From positions 9,599 to 73,598 of the forward strand of contig DATLFN010000005.1 in NCBI GenBank assembly GCA_035540975.1: DNA of 64,000 bases. The letters are read 5' to 3'. Positions within the stretch are counted from its first letter, which is position 1, and each line of letters opens with the position of its first letter. Under the pieces are notes generated by a model. It was not told the DNA's origin. It did not search any database and saw only the letters and a list, made by a program, of their open reading frames with translations. Both the position numbers and the translations under genes were made by a program. Source of the DNA: Acidimicrobiales bacterium (lineage in GTDB: Bacteria; Actinomycetota; Acidimicrobiia; Acidimicrobiales; GCA-2861595). Of this stretch, positions 16,525 through 24,151 are shown one piece after another.

Positions 16525-17985
16525 CTAGCGCCTGCCCGCCGACGCCCGGCGCCATTCCGCCTCGATGCGGCCCAGCTCGGTGGCCGGCGGCGTCCCCTTG
16601 CGGTACTCGAAGAGGATGCCGCGCCACGAGTTCGACGCCTCCAACCGGCTGAGAAGGGCGCTCACGCCCCAGACCACGCGGTCGAGGATCACGTACGACG
16701 TCGGCATGTTGAGCTTCTTGATCAGCTCGCCGTACCGGCCCTGCACGTCCACCACCGTCTGGAGGGCCTTTGCCGTCGAGTCCCGCGTGTAGGTGAAGTG
16801 GTCCACCATGAACGGCTCGTACGGCCCCCGCACGTACTCGAGCACGAACTTGGGTTCGAACCCGTGGTCGGGCGGGAGGAAGCGGGCCGCCACCGACCGG
16901 TCGACCAGGGCCTGGGCGTCCTCGTCGAGCACGGCGTCCAGCAGCGGCGCCAGGCGCTCGAACTCGCCCGGTGTCCAGCGCTTCACCAGCCCGAAGTCGA
17001 GGAACGTCACCGAGCCGTCGTCGTGGAAGCGGTAGTTGCCGGGATGGGGGTCCCCGTTGAACATCCCGTGCAGGTGGATCGAGCCCTGGGCGAACCGGCA
17101 GATCACCTCGCCGGCGTGGTCGCGCGCCGCCTGGTCGGAGCGCTCCAGGAACTCGTCCCAGCGCATGCCGTCGACCCACTCGCTGGTGAGGACCCGGCGG
17201 CTGCTCCGCTCGGGCACCACCCGGGGGATGCGGATGAAGGGGTGGCCCTCGTACAACCCGGCGAACTCGGCCTGGCGGGCCGCCTCGTGCCGGTAGTCCA
17301 GCTCCTCGGCCATCCGGGCCCGCAGCTCGTCGACCAGCGCCCGCACCTCGAGGTTCTTGAGGGCGAACTGGGCGAACAGGCCGTAGAGCATCTCGGCGTT
17401 GTCGAGGTCGCTCTTGATGGCGCGGTCCACGCCGGGGTACTGCACCTTCACGGCGACGATGCGGCCGTCGTGGAGGACGGCCCGGTGGACCTGGCCGATG
17501 GATGCGGCGGCCACCGGCACCAGCTCGAAGTCGAGGAACAGGCGCTCGGGGTCGTCGCCCAGCTCCTCCCGGATGACGCCCTCGGCCAGGCTGGGGGCCA
17601 TGGGCGGCACGTCGGCCTGGAGGGTGGCCAGTGCCGCCTTCGCCTCGGGCGGCAGGCCGTCGGCGATGAACGACAGCATCTGGCCCGCCTTCATGATGGC
17701 GCCCTTCATGCCCCCGAGGACCTTGGCCACGTCCTCGGCCGAGCGGATGGCGAAGTGCTCCTCCAGCCGGGCCCGCTCGGCCTCGTCGGCGCCGCGGCCC
17801 TTGATCCGCATGTGGGCGTAGTGCACGAACCGGCGGGTGGTCAGCCGCCACACGCGCAGCTGCCGCTCGAGGTGCACCCGCCGTCCCTCGTCGCGCAGGG
17901 CGGTGGCCACGCCCGCCCCCGCGGCCGCCGCACCGGCGGCCGCACCCACGGCGACCGCCCGGCGGCGCGTGCTACGAGCGGCCAC
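16525..17985 (-). CDS. ABC1/UbiB-family atypical protein kinase
   Basis: PVAAASIGQVHRAVLHDGRIVAVKVQYPGV...ELDYRHEA...GDPHPGNY shows the ABC1 kinase motifs. Confidence 0.88.
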   Translation of the reverse strand: MAARSTRRRAVAVGAAAGAAAAGAGVATALRDEGRRVHLERQLRVWRLTTRRFVHYAHMRIKGRGADEAERARLEEHFAIRSAEDVAKVLGGMKGAIMKAGQMLSFIADGLPPEAKAALATLQADVPPMAPSLAEGVIREELGDDPERLFLDFELVPVAAASIGQVHRAVLHDGRIVAVKVQYPGVDRAIKSDLDNAEMLYGLFAQFALKNLEVRALVDELRARMAEELDYRHEAARQAEFAGLYEGHPFIRIPRVVPERSSRRVLTSEWVDGMRWDEFLERSDQAARDHAGEVICRFAQGSIHLHGMFNGDPHPGNYRFHDDGSVTFLDFGLVKRWTPGEFERLAPLLDAVLDEDAQALVDRSVAARFLPPDHGFEPKFVLEYVRGPYEPFMVDHFTYTRDSTAKALQTVVDVQGRYGELIKKLNMPTSYVILDRVVWGVSALLSRLEASNSWRGILFEYRKGTPPATELGRIEAEWRRASAGRR

Positions 17986-18361
17986 CGGGCAGACGGACCT
18001 CCCGCTCGGCGCGGGCCTGGTCGTCCAGGCAGAACCGGGCTGCGGGCACCGCCTCCAGGCGGCCCTCGTCGATCGGCTTGCCGCACGCCTCGCACGTGCC
18101 GTACCCGCCGTCGTCGAGGCGGTTCAGCGCGTGCTCCACGTCCGCCAGCTCGGCCTGCACCTGCTCGAGGAGCGACAGGTCGGCCTCCCGGTGGAACGTC
18201 TCGGTGCCGACGTCCGCCTGGTGCTGGTCCATGGAGGACAGCTCGCCGAGGCTGTCGTTCTCCGACTCCGAGGTCAGGCCCTGTTCCACGAAGTCGTCCC
18301 GCAGCTTCGAGAGTCGGGACCGCTCTTCCTCGAGGCGGTTGCGCGCGGCGTCGGTGTCCAT
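17972..18361 (-). CDS. TraR/DksA-family zinc-finger protein
   Basis: From ATG 18361 a coiled-coil N-part is followed by GYGTCEACGKPIDEGRLEAVPAARFCLDD. The last Cys of the usual C4 appears replaced by Asp. Confidence 0.8.
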   Translation of the reverse strand: MDTDAARNRLEEERSRLSKLRDDFVEQGLTSESENDSLGELSSMDQHQADVGTETFHREADLSLLEQVQAELADVEHALNRLDDGGYGTCEACGKPIDEGRLEAVPAARFCLDDQARAEREVRLPGGRS

Positions 18362-18417
18362 CGCGCCGATCGTACCGGCGTTCGGCGCGCTACCCGCTGG
18401 TCGGGCGCCCGGTCTCG

Positions 18418-18489
18418 TGGGGGCGGGGAGGATCGAACTCCCGGCGCCGGGATTAAAAGTCCCGCGGTCTACCACTGACCTACGCCCCC
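18418..18489 (-). tRNA. tRNA-Lys(TTT): tRNA-Lys (anticodon TTT)
   Basis: The reverse complement GGGGGCGTAGGTCAGTGGTAGACCGCGGGACTTTTAATCCCGGCGCCGGGAGTTCGATCCTCCCCGCCCCCA folds by hand into a canonical cloverleaf. It has a 7-bp acceptor, anticodon loop CTTTTAA and T-loop TTCGATC. No CCA is encoded. Confidence 0.93.
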
Positions 18490-18838
18490 AGGGAGACGGC
18501 ACCGGACCAGGGACCATCGGCGAGACCTCCCAGAGGCCGCCACCGTACCGGGCGGCCCGGGGGCGTGCCCCCGCAGCCGGTCGCCGATGGCCCGCTCCCG
18601 CGGAGAGCGGCGGTGCACCGGTGCCGGGCAGTCGTCCCGACCTCGCCCGGCCGGGTCGAACGGGACGGTGCGGCAGGGCAAGCGACGAGGTGTGCGGTGC
18701 GCGAAGCCGGCCCCGCCGCCCGCCCTCGGTGTCGGCGCCGTTCTCGCGGGCACCACCGCGACCCGTCGAGCCGCCCCCCGTCGCTGCCGCCGTCGCCACC
18801 GCGCCCGCGCCCGCCGCCCCCCTGGGGCGCGTCGTCGG

Positions 18839-18898
18839 CTAGGTGAGGAGAAGGATCAGGATGATGATGAGGATCAGGGTTCCCAGGCCGATGTACAC
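18839..18898 (-). CDS. 19-aa hydrophobic micro-ORF (hypothetical)
   Basis: AAAGGAGACGAC-GTG provides a good SD 6 nt upstream. The product VYIGLGTLILIIILILLLT resembles the first half of DUF3309-type tiny membrane proteins; that similarity is from memory only. Confidence 0.3.
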   Translation of the reverse strand: MYIGLGTLILIIILILLLT

Positions 18899-19013
18899 GT
18901 CGTCTCCTTTGCCGTGGATCGCTCGACGAGCAGACCGTGCCCGGTCGCTCCTGGCGGCAAACCTGGCACCACAGCACGGTTTCCGGCCCGCGGAGCGCGG
19001 GAACAGAGCCGGC

Positions 19014-19226
19014 ATGATCACGTTCTTCATCATCCTGGCGGTCCTGATGGTGCTCGTCGTGGCGGCCGGGCAGTGGTCCGCCGCCGGCCCGCGGCGCCGC
19101 GTGCTCTACGACCGCGACGTGGTGGTGGACCGGCGGCCCGACGTCATCGAGGAGGAGATCGTCGAGGACCCCTACCCGGTAGCTACCCGGTCGCGCCGGG
19201 TCGTCCGCCGGCGCCGCGGCTACTGA
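19014..19226 (+). CDS. small membrane-anchored protein (hypothetical)
   Basis: From ATG 19014: MITFFIILAVLMVLVVAAG followed by a charged tail. Confidence 0.4.
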   Translation: MITFFIILAVLMVLVVAAGQWSAAGPRRRVLYDRDVVVDRRPDVIEEEIVEDPYPVATRSRRVVRRRRGY

Positions 19227-19443
19227 TCCTCCCGCTGATCGCTGCCGCGGCGCGCCGTTCCCGTCCCGGCGGCGCGACTGGTGCCTGGGGAAAGAACTCG
19301 GCGATCAGCTCGGCGCAGTTGGCCCAGGGGTGGGCTCCGGCCGCGGATTGGGGCGCTATGCGCCCGTTCTTGCCGCCGGAACCGCCGGAACGGTTGCTGG
19401 CCCGGGCCCACACGACGCCCGGCGTACGGGCGACAGAGATGCT

Positions 19444-20424
19444 CTAGACGGCGAACGAGAGCGACAGTGCGAAGTCGCCCCGGGCGTCGGTCCACCACGC
19501 GGCGGGCTCCAGTCCCGCCCCGGCCAGCTCCGACTCGACGCCCGGCCGCCGGAACTTGGCGCTGATCTCGGTACGGATGACCTCGCCGTCGTCCAGGCTG
19601 ATCGACAGGCCCGGGTCCGGGATCGTCACCAGCTGGGCGCGCCGGGAGCGCAGGCCCAGGTCGACCCACTCGTCGTCCTCGTCGAAGCGCGCCACGTGGG
19701 CGAACTGTGCCGGGTCGAAGTCGGCGCCCAGCTCGCGGTTGAGCACGGTGAGGACGTTCTTGTTGAACTCGGCGGTGACGCCCGCCGAGTCGTCGTAGGC
19801 CGCCTCCAGGCGCGCTCGCGACTTCACCAGGTCGGTGCCGAGGAGCAGCGAGTCGCCCGGCTCCATCCCGGCGGCCACGTCGGCGAGGAAGCGCTTGCGC
19901 TCCGCCGGCCGCAGGTTCCCGATGGTGCTGCCGAGGAAGGCGACCATGCGCCGCCCGCCGCCCGGCAGGCGGTCGAGGTGGTGGTCGAAGTCGCCCACCA
20001 CGCCGTGCACCGAGGTACCCGGGTACTCCCGGGCCAGGGCGGCGGTGGCGGACCGGATGGTCGGCTCGCTGACGTCGAAGGCCACGATGCGCCGGAGGGA
20101 ACCCGTGGCGGCCATGGCGTCGAGGAGGAGCCGCGTCTTCTCGGACGTCCCCGAACCCAGCTCGACCAGCGTGTCGGCGCCGGCGCGATCGGCGATGGTG
20201 GCCGCCTCGCGCGCCAGGATCTCCCGCTCGCGGCGGGTCGGGTAGTACTCGGGAAGGCGGGTGATCCGGTCGAACAGCTCGCAGCCCCGTTCGTCGTAGA
20301 ACCACTTCGGCGGCAGCTCGCGGGGCGGCGCGCCCAGGCCGGCACGGACGTCGTCGCGGAGGGCGGAGGCGATGGCCTCGGGCCCCAGGTGGACGTCGAC
20401 GCGCACGGGCTCGGGTCCGGTCAC
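19444..20424 (-). CDS. egtD: L-histidine N-alpha-methyltransferase (ergothioneine pathway)
   Basis: From GTG 20424 (GTGA overlap with egtC): LPPKWFYDERGCELFDRITRLPEYYPTRRE...LVELGSGTSEKTR...FLGSTIGN. Confidence 0.92.
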   Translation of the reverse strand: MTGPEPVRVDVHLGPEAIASALRDDVRAGLGAPPRELPPKWFYDERGCELFDRITRLPEYYPTRREREILAREAATIADRAGADTLVELGSGTSEKTRLLLDAMAATGSLRRIVAFDVSEPTIRSATAALAREYPGTSVHGVVGDFDHHLDRLPGGGRRMVAFLGSTIGNLRPAERKRFLADVAAGMEPGDSLLLGTDLVKSRARLEAAYDDSAGVTAEFNKNVLTVLNRELGADFDPAQFAHVARFDEDDEWVDLGLRSRRAQLVTIPDPGLSISLDDGEVIRTEISAKFRRPGVESELAGAGLEPAAWWTDARGDFALSLSFAV

Positions 20425-21176
20425 AGAGCGGTCCTCCCCACGCCCGCCGCGGCCGACGCCTCGATGACGGTGGCGTCGGGCAGCCGCTCCCACCCGCCCT
20501 CCTCGTCGAACGGCTCCGACGCCACGACGACGGCGCCTCCGCCCGCCCGCACGAACAGCGAGTCGCCGCACGCCGTGGCGGCGATGCGCTCGCCGTCGGA
20601 GAGGACGAGGTTGAGCCGGCTGGGCCCGGCGCCGCCGGTGGCGGCGGCGACCGCTTCCACCGCGCCGGCCAGGGCGGTGGCGGGCGCGGCGCCGGCGTCG
20701 AGGCGGTCGAGGACGTGGGCGAAGACCACCTCGCTGTCGGTCGGCCCCAGGATGCCGGCCTCCCGCCGTTCGGTCAGCGCCCGGCGCAGGCGGGCGGCGG
20801 CCCCGTCGTGGAAGCCGGCGACGGCGCCGTTGTGGGCGAACAGCCACGGGCCGTCGGCGAACGGCGGTGTGGCGCTAGCCTCGGTGGGCAGGGGCGGCGT
20901 GGCGCTGCGGACGGCAGCGAGCACCGACCCGGCCGCCACCAGTCCGGCCATGCTCAGGAACGACCGGTCAGCCCACAAGGGCAGCGTCGAGCGGTAGAGG
21001 GCTGGCTCGGGGCGCCGGTCGCGGTCGTGCCAGCCGACGCCGAAGCCGTCGGCGTTCACGACGCCGCTCACCTGGTGGTGTGGCTCCCAGCACTGGCGCA
21101 GCAGCGAGTGGCCGGGCTCCACGAGCAGTGACTCCAGGGTGCGCGGCGCGCCGAGGTACGCCAGGAACCGGCACAC
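20421..21176 (-). CDS. egtC: ergothioneine biosynthesis amidohydrolase EgtC (class-II glutamine amidotransferase fold)
   Basis: (M)CRFLAYLG places the Ntn Cys at position 2, followed by NADGFGVGW...FAHNG. The gene sits between egtB and egtD. Confidence 0.9.
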   Translation of the reverse strand: MCRFLAYLGAPRTLESLLVEPGHSLLRQCWEPHHQVSGVVNADGFGVGWHDRDRRPEPALYRSTLPLWADRSFLSMAGLVAAGSVLAAVRSATPPLPTEASATPPFADGPWLFAHNGAVAGFHDGAAARLRRALTERREAGILGPTDSEVVFAHVLDRLDAGAAPATALAGAVEAVAAATGGAGPSRLNLVLSDGERIAATACGDSLFVRAGGGAVVVASEPFDEEGGWERLPDATVIEASAAAGVGRTAL

Positions 21177-21179
21177 CGC

Positions 21180-22496
21180 TCAGGACCGCCGACCGTCGTC
21201 GCGGGCGCAGCGGAAGCCGGAGAAGATCTGGCGGCGGACCGGGAGGTCCCAGTTGCGGAACGTCCCGCGCACGGCGGAAGGCGCCGTCGCCCATGACCCT
21301 CCCCGCAGCACCTTGTGGTCGCTCCCGAAGAACACCTCGGAGTACTCGCGGTACGGGAACGGGGCGAAGCCGGGGTAGGCGGCGAAGTCCGACGACGTCC
21401 ACTCCCACACGTCGCCCATCATCTGGTGGCAGCCCCACCCGCTGGCGCCCTCGGGGTAGGCGCCCACCGGCGACGGGCCGTCGTGGCGCTGGCCCAGGTT
21501 GGCGTGCGCCGGGGTGGCTGCGGCCTCGCCCCACGGCCACCACCGCTTGGCGCCGCCGGGGCCGGTGGTGGCCGCCACCTCCCACTCCACCTCGGTGGGG
21601 AGCCGCTTGCCCATCCAACGGGCGCAGGCGTCGGCCTCGTACCAGCACACGTGCTGCACGGGCTCGGTCGGGGGCAGGTCGAGGCGGCGGCCGAACCGCA
21701 GCACGCTCCATGCACCGTCGCCCTCTCGACGCCAGAACTCCGGGTGCTCGAGACCCGCCTCCATGCGCCACACCCAGCCGTCCGGCGTCCACCACCGGGG
21801 GTCGTCGTAGCCACCGGCCGCCAAGAACTCGGCGTAGCGCTCGTTCGTGACGGGAGTGGTGTCGATCCGGAACGGGCCGACGGTGACCTCGTGGGCGGGC
21901 CGCTCGTTGTCGTAGGCCCACGGCTCCAGGTCGGTGCCGAGGACGTAGGTGCCGCCGTCGACCGCCACCTCGGCGGGCAGCGTCCCGGCCGGCGCGCCCG
22001 TCGCCGGGGGGAGGAGGACATCCAACGGGGCGGCCGCCTCGCCCATGAGCTGGCGGGTGGCGAGCATCGTCTCGTCGTGCTGGTGCTCGTGCTGGATCAC
22101 CATGCCGTAGACGAAGGCCCGGTCCAGCAGGGCGACCGAGGGGTCGAGCTCCGTCCGGTCCAGCACGGCCAGCACCTCGTCGCGCACCCGAGCGGCGTAG
22201 GCGCGCGCCTCGCCGGGCGGGAGGAGCGGCAGGGCGGGGCGGTTGGCGCGGGGGTGGCGGAACGCGTCGTAGAGGTGGTCGACGTCCCGGCGGACGCCCG
22301 GGTGGGCGGCGGCGGCCCGCAGCAGCCACAGCTCCTCGTAGTTGGCGACGTGGGCCAGGTCCCACACCAGCGGTGACATGAGGCGGGAGTGCTGGCGGCT
22401 CAGGTCGTCGTCGTCGAGGGGGTCGAGGATCGCCAGCGAACGGCGACGGGCGGCGCCCAGCTCGGCGGCGACCAGCGTCTTGACGCCGTCGCTCAT
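21180..22496 (-). CDS. egtB: hercynine sulfoxide synthase EgtB (DinB + FGE-sulfatase domains)
   Basis: From ATG 22496: SPLVWDLAHVANYEE...HEHQHDET (iron ligands)...VTNERYAEF...GDVWEWT...RGGSW...RSGFRCA. Confidence 0.92.
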   Translation of the reverse strand: MSDGVKTLVAAELGAARRRSLAILDPLDDDDLSRQHSRLMSPLVWDLAHVANYEELWLLRAAAAHPGVRRDVDHLYDAFRHPRANRPALPLLPPGEARAYAARVRDEVLAVLDRTELDPSVALLDRAFVYGMVIQHEHQHDETMLATRQLMGEAAAPLDVLLPPATGAPAGTLPAEVAVDGGTYVLGTDLEPWAYDNERPAHEVTVGPFRIDTTPVTNERYAEFLAAGGYDDPRWWTPDGWVWRMEAGLEHPEFWRREGDGAWSVLRFGRRLDLPPTEPVQHVCWYEADACARWMGKRLPTEVEWEVAATTGPGGAKRWWPWGEAAATPAHANLGQRHDGPSPVGAYPEGASGWGCHQMMGDVWEWTSSDFAAYPGFAPFPYREYSEVFFGSDHKVLRGGSWATAPSAVRGTFRNWDLPVRRQIFSGFRCARDDGRRS

Positions 22497-22512
22497 GGCG
22501 GGCCGATCCCGG

Positions 22513-23202
22513 TCACTCGTCGTCGGCGAGGCGCTTCCCCACCCAGGTGCGGGCATCGTCGACCTCCTGGTCGCACAGCTCGTGCCCGGCGTCGTACCAG
22601 TGCAGCTCCACATCGGCTCCCGCGGTGACCAGTCCCTCGACCAGCTCCTCGTAGTCGTCCATGGTGACCGTCTCGTCGTTACGCCCGGTGGCGCAGAAGA
22701 TCTCGCGCTTGTCGAGGATGCGGCCCCGGGGAGGCCTGAACGGCTGGCGGGCGCTCAACACGATGGCGGCCCGCAGGACCTTCGGGTGGTCGTAGAACAG
22801 GGCGACGGCCGCCGTGGCACCCTCCGAGAAACCCAGGGCGCAGACGTTGTCGGCGTCGAAGCCGAGGCCGTCGGCGGCGGCAGCCAGGAAGGCGGCCAGG
22901 CCCGGCGTGCAGTCGTGGACGGCCTGCTCGTGCGGCGTGGGCAGGTCGGGGTCGTGGACGACGCCCTCCTCCTCGACGGGCGGCGGCGGCAGGTGCCGGT
23001 ACCCGCCGCCCTCGTTCTCCAGCGTGCCTCGGGGGCTCAGGATCCCAGCACCGGGGGCGATGCGCCGGGCGGTGTCGACCAGGGAGCTCTCGCCGCCGCC
23101 GGCCTCGTGGAGGACCAGCAAGGTGAGCCCGGCGGTGGGGCCGCCGTCGGCTGCGGCCGGCTCGTACCGGTACGGCACACCGAGGTCGGGGAGGTCGGCC
23201 AT
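22513..23202 (-). CDS. phospholipase/carboxylesterase-family alpha/beta hydrolase
   Basis: LLVLHEAGGGE...ALGFSEGA (GxSxG)...GRNDETV...GHEL. It lies 16 nt upstream of egtB and 12 nt downstream of sdhD. Confidence 0.75.
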   Translation of the reverse strand: MADLPDLGVPYRYEPAAADGGPTAGLTLLVLHEAGGGESSLVDTARRIAPGAGILSPRGTLENEGGGYRHLPPPPVEEEGVVHDPDLPTPHEQAVHDCTPGLAAFLAAAADGLGFDADNVCALGFSEGATAAVALFYDHPKVLRAAIVLSARQPFRPPRGRILDKREIFCATGRNDETVTMDDYEELVEGLVTAGADVELHWYDAGHELCDQEVDDARTWVGKRLADDE

Positions 23203-23214
23203 AGGGATCCGACG

Positions 23215-23634
23215 CTACCCCTCGAACGTCACGATGGTCAGCGTGCCCAGGCCCAGCAGCCCGAACGACAGGGAGTACAGCACGGCCTTCACCACCGCCC
23301 GGCGGGCGGGCGTGCGCACGTAGTCGTCGATGATCCACCGCAGCCCGTTCAGCCCGTGGAGCAGCGCCAGCACCAGCAGGGCCCAGTCGAACAGCCGCCA
23401 CAGCGGGTTGTCCCAGCGCTGGGCGACGAAGCGGTGATCGGTCTCCACGACGTCGTTGACGATGTGGGTGAGGGCGAAGTGGACGAGGGCCAGGAACAGC
23501 AGGGCCAGGCCCGATATCCGCATGAAGAACCACGACCACGTCTCGAAGTTCGGCCGCGGCCGCCGCCCGAACGGCTGGCCCCGGGTCCCGCCCTCGGGTG
23601 CCTGCGGCGGCCGCTCGGTGGTGGGCGCGGTCAC
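23215..23634 (-). CDS. sdhD: succinate dehydrogenase hydrophobic membrane anchor subunit
   Basis: From GTG 23634 (GTGA overlap with sdhC): WSWFFMRISGLALLFLALVHF...LLHGLNGLRWIIDDY. Confidence 0.8.
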   Translation of the reverse strand: MTAPTTERPPQAPEGGTRGQPFGRRPRPNFETWSWFFMRISGLALLFLALVHFALTHIVNDVVETDHRFVAQRWDNPLWRLFDWALLVLALLHGLNGLRWIIDDYVRTPARRAVVKAVLYSLSFGLLGLGTLTIVTFEG

Positions 23635-24047
23635 AGGATCCGCCCGTCGATGAACGGCTTCAGGATGACGTAGCCGCCGACGACGGTGAGGAGGACGCTC
23701 AGCACGACGACGGCCCTGAGCATGCGCCTCTCGTTGCGGATGCTGCCCGGGAAGAAGTCGAGCATCACCACCCGCAGCCCGTTCAGGGAGTGGTACACGA
23801 GGGCGAACAGCAGCCCGACCTCGAACAGCCGCAGCATCACGTTGCCGTACAGCTCGTGCACCTCGTCGTACAGGTGCGGCCGGGCGACCAGGGCCACGTC
23901 GACGATGTGCAGGAGGAGGAAGAAGAAGACGAGGAACCCGGTGATGCGATGGGTGAGGAACGCCCACTGGCCCGAACGGCCCTGGTAGACGCTGCCCCGC
24001 TGGTCGGTCACCGTCGCCTCCTCCTGCGCAGCCAACGCCCCGACCAC
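23631..24047 (-). CDS. sdhC: succinate dehydrogenase cytochrome b subunit
   Basis: WAFLTHRITGFLVFFFLLLHIVD...VYHSLNGLRVVMLDF. The probable true start is GTG 24011 (VTDQRG...), which forms a GTGA overlap with an upstream micro-ORF. Confidence 0.8.
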   Translation of the reverse strand: MVGALAAQEEATVTDQRGSVYQGRSGQWAFLTHRITGFLVFFFLLLHIVDVALVARPHLYDEVHELYGNVMLRLFEVGLLFALVYHSLNGLRVVMLDFFPGSIRNERRMLRAVVVLSVLLTVVGGYVILKPFIDGRIL

Positions 24048-24139
24048 ATGGTCGACGACACCACGTACACGGCGAAGGCGGTGATCAGCAACGTGACGGC
24101 GCCCAGGGCGATGGCGAACACCGTCTGCGCCGTCGTCAT
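24008..24139 (-). CDS. 43-aa single-TM micro-protein (hypothetical), coupled to sdhC
   Basis: Hand translation from ATG 24139 gives MTTAQTVFAIALGAVTLLITAFAVYVVSSTMWSGRWLRRRRRR. Third codon positions are strongly G/C. The stop overlaps the candidate sdhC GTG. No clear SD is present. Confidence 0.35.
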   Translation of the reverse strand: MTTAQTVFAIALGAVTLLITAFAVYVVSSTMWSGRWLRRRRRR

Positions 24140-24151
24140 CGACGGTCGACG

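Noticed and set aside
16511-16555. An alternative upstream ATG (16555) could start the alpha/beta hydrolase.
   Set aside because: It would overlap the ABC1 kinase gene end by 30 nt and adds only MAPGVGGQALARYYR. It cannot be excluded, but the shorter start at 16510 was preferred.
16798-18456. A 552-aa plus-strand ORF lies opposite the ABC1 kinase and DksA-like genes.
   Set aside because: It has shadow-frame, low-complexity composition, and real genes are identified on the minus strand.
18469-18977. Minus-strand ORFs of 95-275 aa cover the gap next to tRNA-Lys.
   Set aside because: They run through the tRNA gene or give Arg/Gly/Pro-rich nonsense. Only the DksA-like C-terminal part (17972-18361) and the 19-aa micro-ORF look credible.
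22513-23202. The gene in the egtA position might be EgtA.
   Set aside because: The sequence has a GxSxG nucleophile elbow and carboxylesterase/dienelactone-hydrolase-like motifs. It has none of the gamma-glutamylcysteine ligase features and is too short (229 aa).
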